A stretch of 64,000 nucleotides of DNA, from the NCBI GenBank assembly GCA_964016885.1, contig OZ024740.1:49042001-49106000 (forward strand). Reading direction: 5' to 3'. Positions 51,335 to 64,000 of the stretch are shown here, in pieces. Position 1 is the first letter of the stretch, and each line of letters starts with the position of its first letter. The translations under genes and the position numbers were made by a program. Under the pieces are notes generated by a model that was given only the letters and a program-made list of their open reading frames with translations, ran no database searches and was not told the origin of the DNA. This DNA is from Eledone cirrhosa. Lineage: Eukaryota.

Positions 51335-53822
51335 TCATCACCGTTTTACGTCCGTTCTTCCACGCTAGCATGGGTTAGACGGGTTGTCCTGTTGTGGGCA
51401 GTGTCTGGTCGGCTGACCATGCCTTGCTCATACAGGAACTGATCTGGCTTGATTTCTACAGCTGGATGCCCTTCCTAACACCAACCTCATTTACAGTGAG
51501 TGCTGGGTGCTTTTTCGTGGCGCCTACACGTCCACTTTACAGTGTGGGCTGGGTGCTTTTTTGCCGTGGCACCTCCACGACCACCTTGCGGTGGGGGGGG
51601 GGGCATATTGTTTATATGCTTCAGCATGTACCCATGGGAGGTCGAGTACCCTGTATTACTGCGTGACGCCAGAAGTCACGGTCGTGTGTCATTGACTTTG
51701 AGAGGTGTAGTTGGGTAAGGTCGGCTTTTATCACCTCATCCCAAGTCATCTTGGGTCTCCCCACTCCGCGGTTTCCATCAACTTCTAGTGCTCTGCACCT
51801 TTTTATGCAGCTGTCATCCTTCATACGCATCACATGTCCATACCAGCGTAACCGCCTCTCCTGCACGCAGCATTTGATTCCTCTTATGCTCAGTCTCTCT
51901 CTCAATTCATTTATGCTTTGTCGTTCACGTATATTACTGTTACACATCCATCGGAGCATGCAGGCTTCGTTTCTCTCTAATCTACGTAAGTCTTCCACCT
52001 TCAGCGCCCAGGTCTCACTACCATGCAACATCGCTGTTCGGATACACGCATCATACAGTCTGCCTTTCATTCTGAGGGAGAAGCCTTTTGCAGCTAGCAG
52101 TGGTAGTAGTTCCCTAAACTTCTTCCATCCCGTTCTTACCCTAGTTATTGTACTTTCTGAGCACCCACCTCCGTTGCTAATTCGGTCACCTAGGTAGCAG
52201 AAGCTGTCTACTGTTTCTACAGGGCCCTCCCAGAGATTGGTGGTACTTGTTTCCTGTGGCTGTTTGCTTGCTGTTTCAGCACAGCTGCTGCATGTGAATC
52301 CTACATTCTTAATTAAGCTTCCTGAGATCCCGCTACATCTCTTGTGTACCCATTGTTTGCATTTGGGGCAAAGAATGGAGTTCCTACCTACACCTTTCCT
52401 ACATACTGAGCAAGGCCATTTCCCTGAGGGGATCTGGGTTCTGTTTTCTCGTCTACTTATAAGGACCTTAGTCTTTGTCATGTTGACTTTGAGGCCCTTT
52501 CTCTCTAGTCCCTGCTTCCAGGTTTGGAATTTATTCTCTAGTTCTACCATAGATTCAGCTATGAGTGCGAGGTCATCAGCATACAGGAGTTCCCATGGGC
52601 ATCCGGTCTTAAACTCCTCCGTTATTGCCTGCAGGACTATGATGAACAGGAGAGGGCTAAGAACAGAGCCCTGGTGGACCCCAACCTGTACGCTAAATTC
52701 CTCGCTATACTCATTGCCAATCCTAACTTTGCTGACTGCTCCCCTATACATGGCTTGTACCGCTTTCACAAGCCATTCATCTACTCCTAGTTTTCTAAGA
52801 GCCCACCAGATTACTGCACGTGGAACTCTGTCAAAGGCTTTCTCAAGGTCGACAAATGCCAAGTAGAGTGGCTTACTTTTAGCTAGGTACTTTTCCTGTA
52901 ATTGCCTCACAAGGAAGAGCGCATCAGTGGTGCCTTTCCCTGGTACAAACCCAAATTGCATCTCGTCTATATTCACCCGGTCCCTAATCAGCTGTGCTAT
53001 AACTCTTTCTGTTACTTTCATGACCTGGTCCATCAACTTTATACCTCTATAGTTTCCTCTATCTAGTGCATCGCCTTTACCTTTGTAGCAGTTGACAATG
53101 ATGCTACTGCACCAATCTTTTGGTATGGCCCCCTCTAGTATTACCTGGTTAACGATACGTGTGGTTATAGTGTGACCTACAGACCCAGATGCCTTCAGCA
53201 TCTCGGCAGCTATACCCGATGGACCGGTTGCCTTCCCTATCTTCATATCTCTGATTGCCTTACTTACTACGCTGCCGCTGACTTGTACTGCTGGTCCCTG
53301 TATAGGGTCTACGTGGGGTAGGGTCTCTTCTTCCCATGCATTCTCCTCATTTAGTAATCTATCATAATGACTCTTCCATGCATCTTTCTTCTCAGCACTT
53401 GTGAGGGCAAGCTCACCTTTATCATTCCGGATACACTTCTCTCCAATGACATCACAACTATCTCTGACACACTGCCTCGCAATCTTGAATACCTCCTGTT
53501 TCTGGTCCTCACGTTGTAAAACATGCTTGAATTTTCTATCCTCTGCTTCCCTCCTAGCTAAGTATACTTGTCGCCTAGCTTCCCTCTTGGTCTCTATGTA
53601 ATGTACCCTGCTCCCCCCGTTCTTCCATTCTTTCCATGCCTGTCTCTTGGCCTTGACTGCTTCATCTACCTTATTGTTCCACCACCAAGTCACTCTCCTC
53701 CTGCTTGAGGTCTTACTCCAGCCACAAACCTCATCCGTCGCCTCTAGTAAGTTATTTTTTAGGAACTCCCAGTTCTCTTCTACGTTAAATGTCTCTATCT
53801 GTTCTTCTTTACTGTCGTAGGC
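51332..53822 (-). mobile_element. RTE family A, 5'-truncated, open frame
   Basis: ORF 51621-53693. Confidence 0.95.
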
Positions 53823-54589
<767 letters not shown>

Positions 54590-54655
54590 TCATCATCATC
54601 ATCATCATCGTTTAACGTCCGTGTTCCATGCTTGCATGGGTTTGGACGGAGGGTT
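54590..54655 (-). mobile_element. RTE family B-like extreme 3' tail only
   Basis: (CAT)n then cgtttaacgtccgtgttccatgcttgcatgggtttggacg. Confidence 0.8.
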
Positions 54656-54656
54656 T

Positions 54657-55099
54657 TATGCATGCTACTGTACGTCTGTATACATATATGTATGTACGTA
54701 TACATACATACTTACATTTAAGTAAGTGCCATACTAAGAGTGAGAAATGAAATTTCGTTTTCATTTTTTTCAACTTATCGTTTTCGGTATGCCTGACCGA
54801 TTTAACTCACTCAATATGCAAATTAGGCTGCTCAGCCGTTAATTTTCATAAGGAAAGTATATACTTTCGAACGTTCAACTATCTGGCAGATGGGTAAACG
54901 GTGCTGATGATAGCTAACAAGCTTGAAACTAGTACATTGTTCCTGTGTCAGTGTTGAACAAAAAGGTGACGTGGTTGCCTTAACACCGTATGGCATAAAT
55001 TCAGGCTGTTCGGTTTGTTGACAAACAAACGAACAAAGCTGCGTTATAATAAACGTCGGCTAAACTGATGCGTGCATATATGTATGTGTACCTGTGTGC

Positions 55100-55163
<64 letters not shown>

Positions 55164-55224
55164 GCATGCTACTGTACGTCTGTATACATATATGTATGTA
55201 TGTATACATACATACTTACATTTA
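54657..55224 (+). repeat. ~1.1 units of the ~500-bp hammerhead repeat (terminal ~65-bp direct redundancy)
   Basis: catgctactgtacgtc at 54661 and 55165; reverse complement of the 30484-31501 units. Confidence 0.9.
54873..54959 (+). ncRNA. Type I hammerhead ribozyme, copy 5 (core CTGATGA 54904-54910, GAAA 54925-54928, predicted cleavage after A54934)
   Basis: Full extended stem I; the C>T variant keeps a G-U pair. Confidence 0.85.
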
Positions 55225-55338
55225 TGTATATATATATATGTATATATATATGTATGTATATGTATATGTATATATATATATGTATATATATATATGTATA
55301 TATATATGTATATATATATATGTATATATATATATGTA

Positions 55339-55389
<51 letters not shown>

Positions 55390-55766
55390 TATATAATGTA
55401 TATATATATATGTATATATATGTATGTATGTATATATATATGTATATATATATATGTATATATATATGTATATATATATATATGTATATATATATATGTA
55501 TGTATATATATATGTATATATATGTATATATATATATGTATATATATGTATATATATATATGTATATATATATATGTATATATATATGTGTATATAAATA
55601 TGTATATATATGTATATATATATATGTATATATATATATGTATATATGTATATATATATATGTATATATGTATATATATATATATGTATATATGTATATA
55701 TATATGTATATATATGTATATATATGTATGTATATATGTATATATATGTATATATATATACATATG

Positions 55767-55797
<31 letters not shown>

Positions 55798-55830
55798 GTA
55801 TATATATATATATGTATATATATGTATATA
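55225..55830. repeat. Long (TA/TATG)n tract
   Basis: Seen directly. Confidence 0.95.
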
Positions 55831-58309
55831 TGTAAATGCCATTTTTCTTATCTCTCTCCAGCCTATCGGTTCATTCATTCATATTGTTCTAAATAATCTT
55901 CTCTTTGCTATCGGTCCATTCATTCATATATCCGTATATTGCCCAAAATCCAATCTTTGCTCTCTCTCAATGCTATTCTATAATTCTGTCTGGTTGTTTC
56001 TAAATAATCTTCTTGTATTTTTTTATTTTTTATTTTTTTTAACTCCTCCACTTTGTTCCAAATAATCTTCTCTTTGCTTTTCTAAAATAACAATCTTGTT
56101 TGTTTAATTTTGGCCGAAAAAATGCTAGGATTGATAAAATGGCCTCTTATCCTTTATCCACCATCCCCACTATAGCGTGTTACGTGCTGGCTAGCTCACC
56201 CTTTCAATTACTCCCTTCTCTCTCCAAATATAAATAAACCTGTAGCGAGGTACGAATCTCAGAATCTCAAAAATGGTGAGACCTCGTCCCTGCGAAGTAT
56301 AATGTAAATGCCATTTTTCTTATCTCTCTCCAGCCTATCGGTTCATTCATTCATATTGTTCTAAATAATCTTCTCTTTGCTATCGGTCCATTCATTCATA
56401 TACCCGTATATCGCCCAAAATCCAATCTTTGCTCTCTCTCAATGCTATTCTATAATTCTGTCTGGTTGTTTCTAAATAATCTTCTTGTATTTTTAACTAC
56501 CCCACTTTGCTAACTACCCCATACCCCTCCCTCCCGCCCCCATTCTCCACCTTATTATTTGGACCAATCACAAGTCAACAGCCTATGCTATCACTTCTGG
56601 CTGCTTTTCGATATGATGGATAGACTAAGGAATTTCTGGAGAGTCTGAAGAATCTGGACACTCGACGACAATGCCAAAGAAAACGACAAATTCACCTCAT
56701 GCTGCCGGACGAAAGGGCAAGTCCCCCTCTTTGTTTCGGCCGCGGATGGCCAACATAACCCTAACCCCATCCCCTCACCCATCCCTGCGCCCCATCCTCC
56801 AAACACAATCCAAAACTTCAGAGTTGGTACCATAAATGTAGGCACCTTAAAAGGCCGCTCTAACGAGGTTGTAGAAATGCTTGAACGTAAGGAGGTTGAT
56901 GTTTGCTGTATCCAAGAGACCAGGTGGAGGGGCGGGTCTGCTAGATTCATTGTGGGTAAAAAACGTTGCTATAAGCTCTTCTGGGTGGGAAATGACAATG
57001 GGATAGGTGGGGTAGGAATCATGTTAGCAGAAAAATGGGTGGATAAGATAATAGATGTAAATAGAGTAAATGACAGAATAATTAAAATAAGACTTGTTCT
57101 AAATAGAACTACTGTGACAGTAATATCGGCCTACGCGCCCCAATCCGGACTGCCTGGCGCTATAAAAGACAGATTCTATGAGACACTGATGCTCACTACC
57201 TCCCAAATAACCGACAGTGACTATATAATTATTGCTGGCGACCTAAATGGCCACGTTGGTCAACATTGTGACGGCTATGACGGAATCCACGGAGGCTATG
57301 GGTTTGGTACTAGAAATGAGGAAGGCTCCAGAATCCTGGAATTCTGTGATGCAAATAACCTAACTATCTGTAACACTAACTTCAAAAAACGAGACAATCA
57401 CCTACAGATCGGGGGAACATACCAGCCAGGTAGATTATATCCTTACCAGAAGACGTGACAGAGTGTCTGTTGTAAACACTAAATCACTCCCCCATCAAGA
57501 ATGCACCTCCCAACATAGACTGCTAATTAGCGACCTCATAGTCAGGACGAGACGTACTAGACAACAGAAGAGGACTATCCTCAGGAGAAAAATATGGAAG
57601 CTAAAGGACCGCACAGCCAGAAATAAATTTCAAAACATGTTACTTCATGCTTTCGACAGTAAGGAAGAGCAATTAGAGTCAGATAATATAGAGGAACAGT
57701 GGGAATTCCTGAAAGCAAACCTGCTGACGTCGGCAGACGAAGGTAGGAGGAGAGTAACATGGTGGTGGAACAGTAAGGTGGAGGAGTCAATTAAGGCCAA
57801 AAAGCAGGCTTGGAAAGTATGGCGAGATGGGGGAAGTAGAGAAGACTATCAAGTGGCCAGGAGGGAAGCTAGGAGACAAGTGTACTTCGCAAGAAGGGAA
57901 GCAGAGGAAAGAAAGTTCAAGCATGTTCTACAACGTGAGGACCAAAAACGTGAGGTGTTCAGGATTGCTAGGCAATGTGTCAAGGAAAACCGTGATATTG
58001 TCGGGGAGAAGTGTGTACTTAATGATGATGGCGTACTTGCCATCACTGACGCTGATAAGAAGGTTGCTTGGAAGTGTCACTACGAAAGGCTTCTAAATGA
58101 GGAGAATAAATGGGAGAAAGACAGTCTCCCCCACATCGACCCAATAGAGGGACCGGCAGTGTTAGTCGAAGGTAGTATATTAAGTAAGGCAATCAAAGAT
58201 ATGAAGATGGGTAAGGCGGCTGGGCCTTTGGAAATAGTTGCTGAGATGCTGAAAGCCTCTGGAACGGTGGGACACACCATGGTCACCCGGATAGTAAACC
58301 AAGTCATAC
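55830..58309 (+). mobile_element. RTE family B 5' half only (5' UTR with a ~190-bp direct repeat, APE, linker; frameshifted and 3'-truncated)
   Basis: ORFs 56877-57458 and 57463-58317 match the N-terminal half of 43438-46608; repeat at ~55830 and ~56302. Confidence 0.88.
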
Positions 58310-59484
58310 CAACATAACAAAGCTTTAAACTAGGATACCCACTACCCTGCATAAATCACCACAGAAATATACTCATTAAGTACACTCTAGCCTTCACAGT
58401 TCTATACCACACAAATGTCTGTAAGTACCTCATCAACCCATAAACTTATTCCTTCTCAGCTGCTGTCACCACATGATCCTAAATCTAAGAATTTCTCAAA
58501 TCACTACTACAATGTAACTTTACCTTCTTCTTGCCATAATTACAGTCAGCATGTTTATCTCTTTGCATGTATGTATGTATTTGTATGAGTGTATATTGAT
58601 GTGTATGTATATGTCTATCTACACGTGCGTGTGTATGTATATATATATATGTATGTGTGTATATATGTATATATATATATATATATTGCCTCCTTAACCT
58701 CTGTATTAACTTGCCCATTATTTAGCTTTGACAGTGTTGTCCCATTCATGTATGTTATTGAAGATGAAAAGAAAGACTGTATTCTCATCTAATGTAGACC
58801 ACACAAATTCTACTCAATGATAAATACTTCGTCGGTCAGATAAATACTGAACATTACGGCCACCTGACCTACATTGTTGATAAACACCGGCTTATCTTTA
58901 AAATTGATATAATACACCCTACGACACTCCTTACATGTCAACCTTATACTTCTGCTTCATGTCAGCTAGTTTTACACGCCAAAATCTTAGATACAATATA
59001 CGCCCCACCTAATGTAATGTCAGGGTCTCCTCAAATAATTTATTACTAGCATTGTTGTAATTGTTGTTATTGTTCTAACTGAATGCCATTACTTCTTCAT
59101 ATAGTAGCCTGTATATTCCTTTCGTGTCTGTATATCCTCTTCATTCTCGCATGCTCCGAAGAACTGACTGGTTATAATTTTGTATTGGCGATCGAGTAAC
59201 GTGAAAACAAGCGAATAGCGATCTCTAGACCTACCAGCTCAGAGAAACAATTGTCAGCAATGAGATTAAAAACCTTTTTTGTATAGCAAACCATGTCAAT
59301 CTTCTTTCCTGATTTATTATTACTCCAAGTGTTTACAACATAGGAATTACAGCATACTCGCAACATCACTATGAAAACGCCTTGTTGAGTCAAACCAAGC
59401 CAAGCGTTGATATCATCCACTACCCGGAATACCATAACTGGACTACACCTAAGTGGACTGCATATAACTATTATTTGTTACCCC

Positions 59485-59528
<44 letters not shown>

Positions 59529-59685
59529 GTATATGTATATATATATGTATATATATATGTATATATATATGTATATGTATATATATATGTATATATATGC
59601 AAAAGTTTTATTTAAATTGTTGGGATACAACAAGCAAATATTTTTATAACTGATATAAAGCACTCAACAAGTATTTGGAGTAAAC

Positions 59686-59981
59686 ATACGATATTAACAA
59701 ATGGAAACTATATTTATAAAACCATATTTATTTCATTATACATATTTCAAGGACACCAAGTTAAATTATGGTGTGCTTACATCAGACAAAATATAATATA
59801 GATCAGTTTTATACAGTAATGGTTGCATTTTTTAAGGGTATGTCAATATTTATTTATAAAACTGATCTATATTATATTTTGTCTGATGAAAGCACACCAT
59901 AATTTAACTTGGTGTCCTTGAAATATGTATAATGAAATAAATATGTTTTATAAATATAGTTTCCATTTGTTAATATCGTAT
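59686..59981. repeat. Inverted repeat with ~128-bp arms and a 41-bp spacer, each arm carrying a hammerhead motif
   Basis: 59686-59813 is the reverse complement of 59855-59981. Confidence 0.92.
59869..59944 (+). ncRNA. Type I hammerhead of a second, unrelated family
   Basis: atatt.a.tattttgt CTGATGA aag.c.acacca taatttaact tggtgt.c.ctt GAA ATATGTAT A atgaaata.aatat; the mirror arm has CTGATGT. Confidence 0.75.
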
Positions 59982-60053
59982 ATGTATATATATATATATA
60001 CGTTTCTGTATATATATATGTATAAATATATGTATATATATATGTATTTTATG

Positions 60054-62356
60054 TCATCATCATCATCATCATCACCGTTTTACGTCCGTTCTTCCACGCT
60101 AGCATGGGTTAGACGGGTTGTCCTGTTGTGGGCAGTGTCTGGTCGGCTGACCATGCCTTGCTCATACAGGAACTGATCTGGCTTGATTTCTACAGCTGGA
60201 TGCCCTTCCTAACACCAACCTCATTTACAGTGAGTGCTGGGTGCTTTTTCGTGGCGCCTACACGTCCACTTTACAGTGTGGGCTGGGTGCTTTTTTGCCG
60301 TGGCACCTCCACGACCACCTTGCGGTGGGGGGGGGGGGGGCATATTGTTTATATGCTTCAGCATGTACCCATGGGAGGTCGGGTACCCTGTATTACTGCG
60401 TGACGCCAGAAGTCACGGTCGTGTGTCATTGACTTTGAGAGGTGTAGTTGGGTAAGGTCGGCTTTTATCACCTCATCCCAAGTCATCTTGGGTCTCCCCA
60501 CTCCGCGGTTTCCATCAACTTCTAGTGCTCTGCACCTTTTTATGCAGCTGTCATCCTTCATACGCATCACATGTCCATACCAGCGTAACCGCCTCTCCTG
60601 CACACAGCATTTGATTCCTCTTATGCTCAGTCTCTCTCTCAATTCATTTATGCTTTGTCGTTCACGTATATTACTGTTACACATCCATCGGAGCATGCAG
60701 GCTTCGTTTCTCTCTAATCTACGTAAGTCTTCCACCTTCAGCGCCCAGGTCTCACTACCATGCAACATCGCTGTTCGGATACACGCATCATACAGTCTGC
60801 CTTTCATTCTGAGGGAGAAGCCTTTTGCAGCTAGCAGTGGTAGTAGTTCCCTAAACTTCTTCCATCCCGTTCTTACCCTAGTTATTGTACTTTCTGAGCA
60901 CCCACCTCCGTTGCTAATTCGGTCACCTAGGTAGCAGAAGCTGTCTACTGTTTCTACAGGGCCCTCCCAGAGATTGGTGGTACTTGTTTCCTGTGGCTGT
61001 TTGCTTGCTGTTTCAGCACAGCTGCTGCATGTGAATCCTACATTCTTAATTAAGCTTCCTGAGATCCCGCTACATCTCTTGTGTACCCATTGTTTGCATT
61101 TGGGGCAAAGAATAGAGTTCCTACCTACACCTTTCCTACATACTGAGCAAGGCCATTTCCCTGAGGGGATCTGGGTTCTGTTTTCTCGTCTACTTATAAG
61201 GACCTTAGTCTTTGTCATGTTGACTTTGAGGCCCTTTCTCTCTAGTCCCTGCTTCCAGGTTTGGAATTTATTCTCTAGTTCTACCATAGATTCAGCTATG
61301 AGTGCGAGGTCATCAGCATACAGGAGTTCCCATGGGCATCCGGTCTTAAACTCCTCCGTTATTGCCTGCAGGACTATGATGAACAGGAGAGGGCTAAGAA
61401 CAGAGCCCTGGTGGACCCCAACCTGTACGCTAAATTCCTCGCTATACTCATTGCCAATCCTAACTTTGCTGACTGCTCCCCTATACATGGCTTGTACCGC
61501 TTTCACAAGCCATTCATCTACTCCTAGTTTTCTAAGAGCCCACCAGATTACTGCACGTGGAACTCTGTCAAAGGCTTTCTCAAGGTCGACAAATGCCAAG
61601 TAGAGTGGCTTACTTTTAGCTAGGTACTTTTCCTGTAATTGCCTCACAAGGAAGAGCGCATCAGTGGTGCCTTTCCCTGGTACAAACCCAAATTGCATCT
61701 CGTCTATATTCACCCGGTCCCTAATCAGCTGTGCTATAACTCTTTCTGTTACTTTCATGACCTGGTCCATCAACTTTATACCTCTATAGTTTCCTCTATC
61801 TAGTGCATCGCCTTTACCTTTGTAGCAGTTGACAATGATGCTACTGCACCAATCTTTTGGTATGGCCCCCTCTAGTATTACCTGGTTAACGATACGTGTG
61901 GTTATAGTGTGACCTACAGACCCAGATGCCTTCAGCATCTCGGCAGCTATACCCGATGGACCGGTTGCCTTCCCTATCTTCATATCTCTGATTGCCTTAC
62001 TTACTACGCTGCCGCTGACTTGTACTGCTGGTCCCTGTATAGGGTCTACGTGGGGTAGGGTCTCTTCTTCCCATGCATTCTCCTCATTTAGTAATCTATC
62101 ATAATGACTCTTCCATGCATCTTTCTTCTCAGCACTTGTGAGGGCAAGCTCACCTTTATCATTCCGGATACACTTCTCTCCAATGACATCACAACTATCT
62201 CTGACACACTGCCTCGCAATCTTGAATACCTCCTGTTTCTGGTCCTCACGTTGTAAAACATGCTTGAATTTTCTATCCTCTGCTTCCCTCCTAGCTAAGT
62301 ATACTTGTCGCCTAGCTTCCCTCTTGGTCTCTATGTAATGTACCCTGCTCCCCCCG

Positions 62357-62357
<1 letters not shown>
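60054..62357 (-). mobile_element. RTE family A, 5'-truncated, open frame; nearly identical to 51332-53822
   Basis: ORF 60358-61983; shares the ETASKQ 3-bp deletion. Confidence 0.95.
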
Positions 62358-62431
<74 letters not shown>

Positions 62432-62438
62432 GTATACG

Positions 62439-62469
<31 letters not shown>

Positions 62470-62496
62470 GTATATGTATATATATATACGTATATG

Positions 62497-62527
<31 letters not shown>

Positions 62528-62534
62528 GTATATG

Positions 62535-62565
<31 letters not shown>

Positions 62566-62572
62566 GTATATG

Positions 62573-62603
<31 letters not shown>

Positions 62604-63176
62604 GTATATGTATATATATATGTATATATATATATACGTATATGTATATATATATGTATATATATATATACGTATATGTATATATATATGTATATATATA
62701 TATACGTATATGTATATATATATGTATATATATATGTATATATATATGTATATATATATGTATATATATATATGTATATATATATATGTATATATATGTA
62801 TATATATATATGTATATATATATATGTATATATATATATGTATATATATATGTATATATATGTATATATATGTATATATATGTATATATATATGTATATA
62901 TATATGTATATATATATGTATATATATATATGTATATATATATATGTATATATATATGTATATATATATGTATATATATATGTATATATATATGTATATA
63001 TATATGTATATATATATGTATATATATATATGTATATATATATGTGTATATATATGTATATATATATGTGTATATATATGTATATATATATGTATATATA
63101 TATATGTATATATGTATATATATATATATGTATGTATATATATATGTATATATATATGTGTATATATATGTATATG
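62358..63176. repeat. Long (TA/TATG/TACG)n tract
   Basis: Seen directly. Confidence 0.95.
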
Positions 63177-64000
63177 CATCATCATCATCATCGTTTAATG
63201 TCCATATTCCACGCTAGCCTGGGTTTGGACGGGAATTTTCCCACTTGAGGCAAGAGTGGTTGTCCTGCTCGTATAGGACTGTCTGGCGGGTTTTCTACGG
63301 CTGGATGCTCTTCCTAACACCAACCACGTTTACAGTGTGGACTGGGAGGTTTTTACCGTGTTACCTACACGGTCACATTACAGCGTGGACTGTGTGTTAT
63401 TTTGTGGTGACACCTATACGACCTCATTTGTTTCGGGCTGGATGTTGTGGTACCAACATAACTTTACATAGAAAGGGGTGGTGTGGATGGGGTGGGGGTA
63501 GTGGGACGGGGGTGTATTTTTGTTAGAGGTGCCTACTGACTGTAGGCTTCGCTTTGTACTTAGGCAAGGCGGGTCTTCTGTATTACTGTGTAGCACCAAA
63601 GATCTCGGTCCAGTGACATTGTCTTGGAGAGGTGTAAATGTGTGAGGTCGGAATTTATCAAGTCGTCCCAGGTTCTTCTGGGTCTGCCTACTCCGTGGCT
63701 ACCGTCTATTTTTATTGCCCTGCACTTTTTTATACAGCTGTCGTCTTTCATGCGCATCACGTGACCGTACCAATGTAGTCTTCTCTCGAGTAAACAACAT
63801 CTGATCCCTCTTATTTCTAATCTTTCCCTTAGTTCGTTTATGCTTTGCCGTTCACGTATATTACGTTATTGTTATAGCCTGAACAGCAATAATAAATAGG
63901 AGGGGGCTAAGGATGGAGCCCTGATGAACACCAACTTTTACGCTAAACTCTTCACTATATTCGTTGTTAATTCTAACCTTCTGACTGTTTCTTTATACAT
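63177..64000 (-). mobile_element. RTE family B variant with an internal deletion near 63865; runs off the right edge
   Basis: C-terminal sequence jumps directly to the GVHQGS RT region. Confidence 0.88.

Noticed and set aside
59172-59435. 87-aa - strand ORF, possibly a transposon relic
   Set aside because: No motif I can support; may be chance

Overview
AT-rich eukaryotic (animal) genomic DNA. The repeat complement suggests a cephalopod/octopus-like genome, which is an inference. The left third holds a 43-bp satellite, the last four phase-consistent coding exons of an unidentified + strand host gene, tRNA-derived SINEs, a Penelope-like (GIY-YIG) fragment with inverted terminal repeats, a CR1-type LINE fragment and a dead hAT transposase. 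From ~27.5 kb to the end is a dense pile-up of RTE-clade LINEs. There are three families, two copies have intact >1000-aa APE-RT ORFs carrying an internal C4HC3 PHD-like finger, and almost all copies sit inside (TA)n/(TATG)n tracts. The main finding is a set of type I hammerhead ribozyme (HHR) motifs hidden between the LINEs. One ~500-bp non-coding repeat (5 HHR copies, tandem and head-to-head inverted) carries an intact CUGAUGA/GAAA core, a palindromic stem III, a ~24-bp extended stem I and an upstream ATGCAAAT octamer, so it is a candidate retrozyme / newt-satellite-2-like self-cleaving (possibly circular) RNA system. At least four other unrelated HHR-bearing sequences occur, two of them in the same Penelope-type inverted arrangement. 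All folding and alignment was done by eye and element boundaries are approximate.
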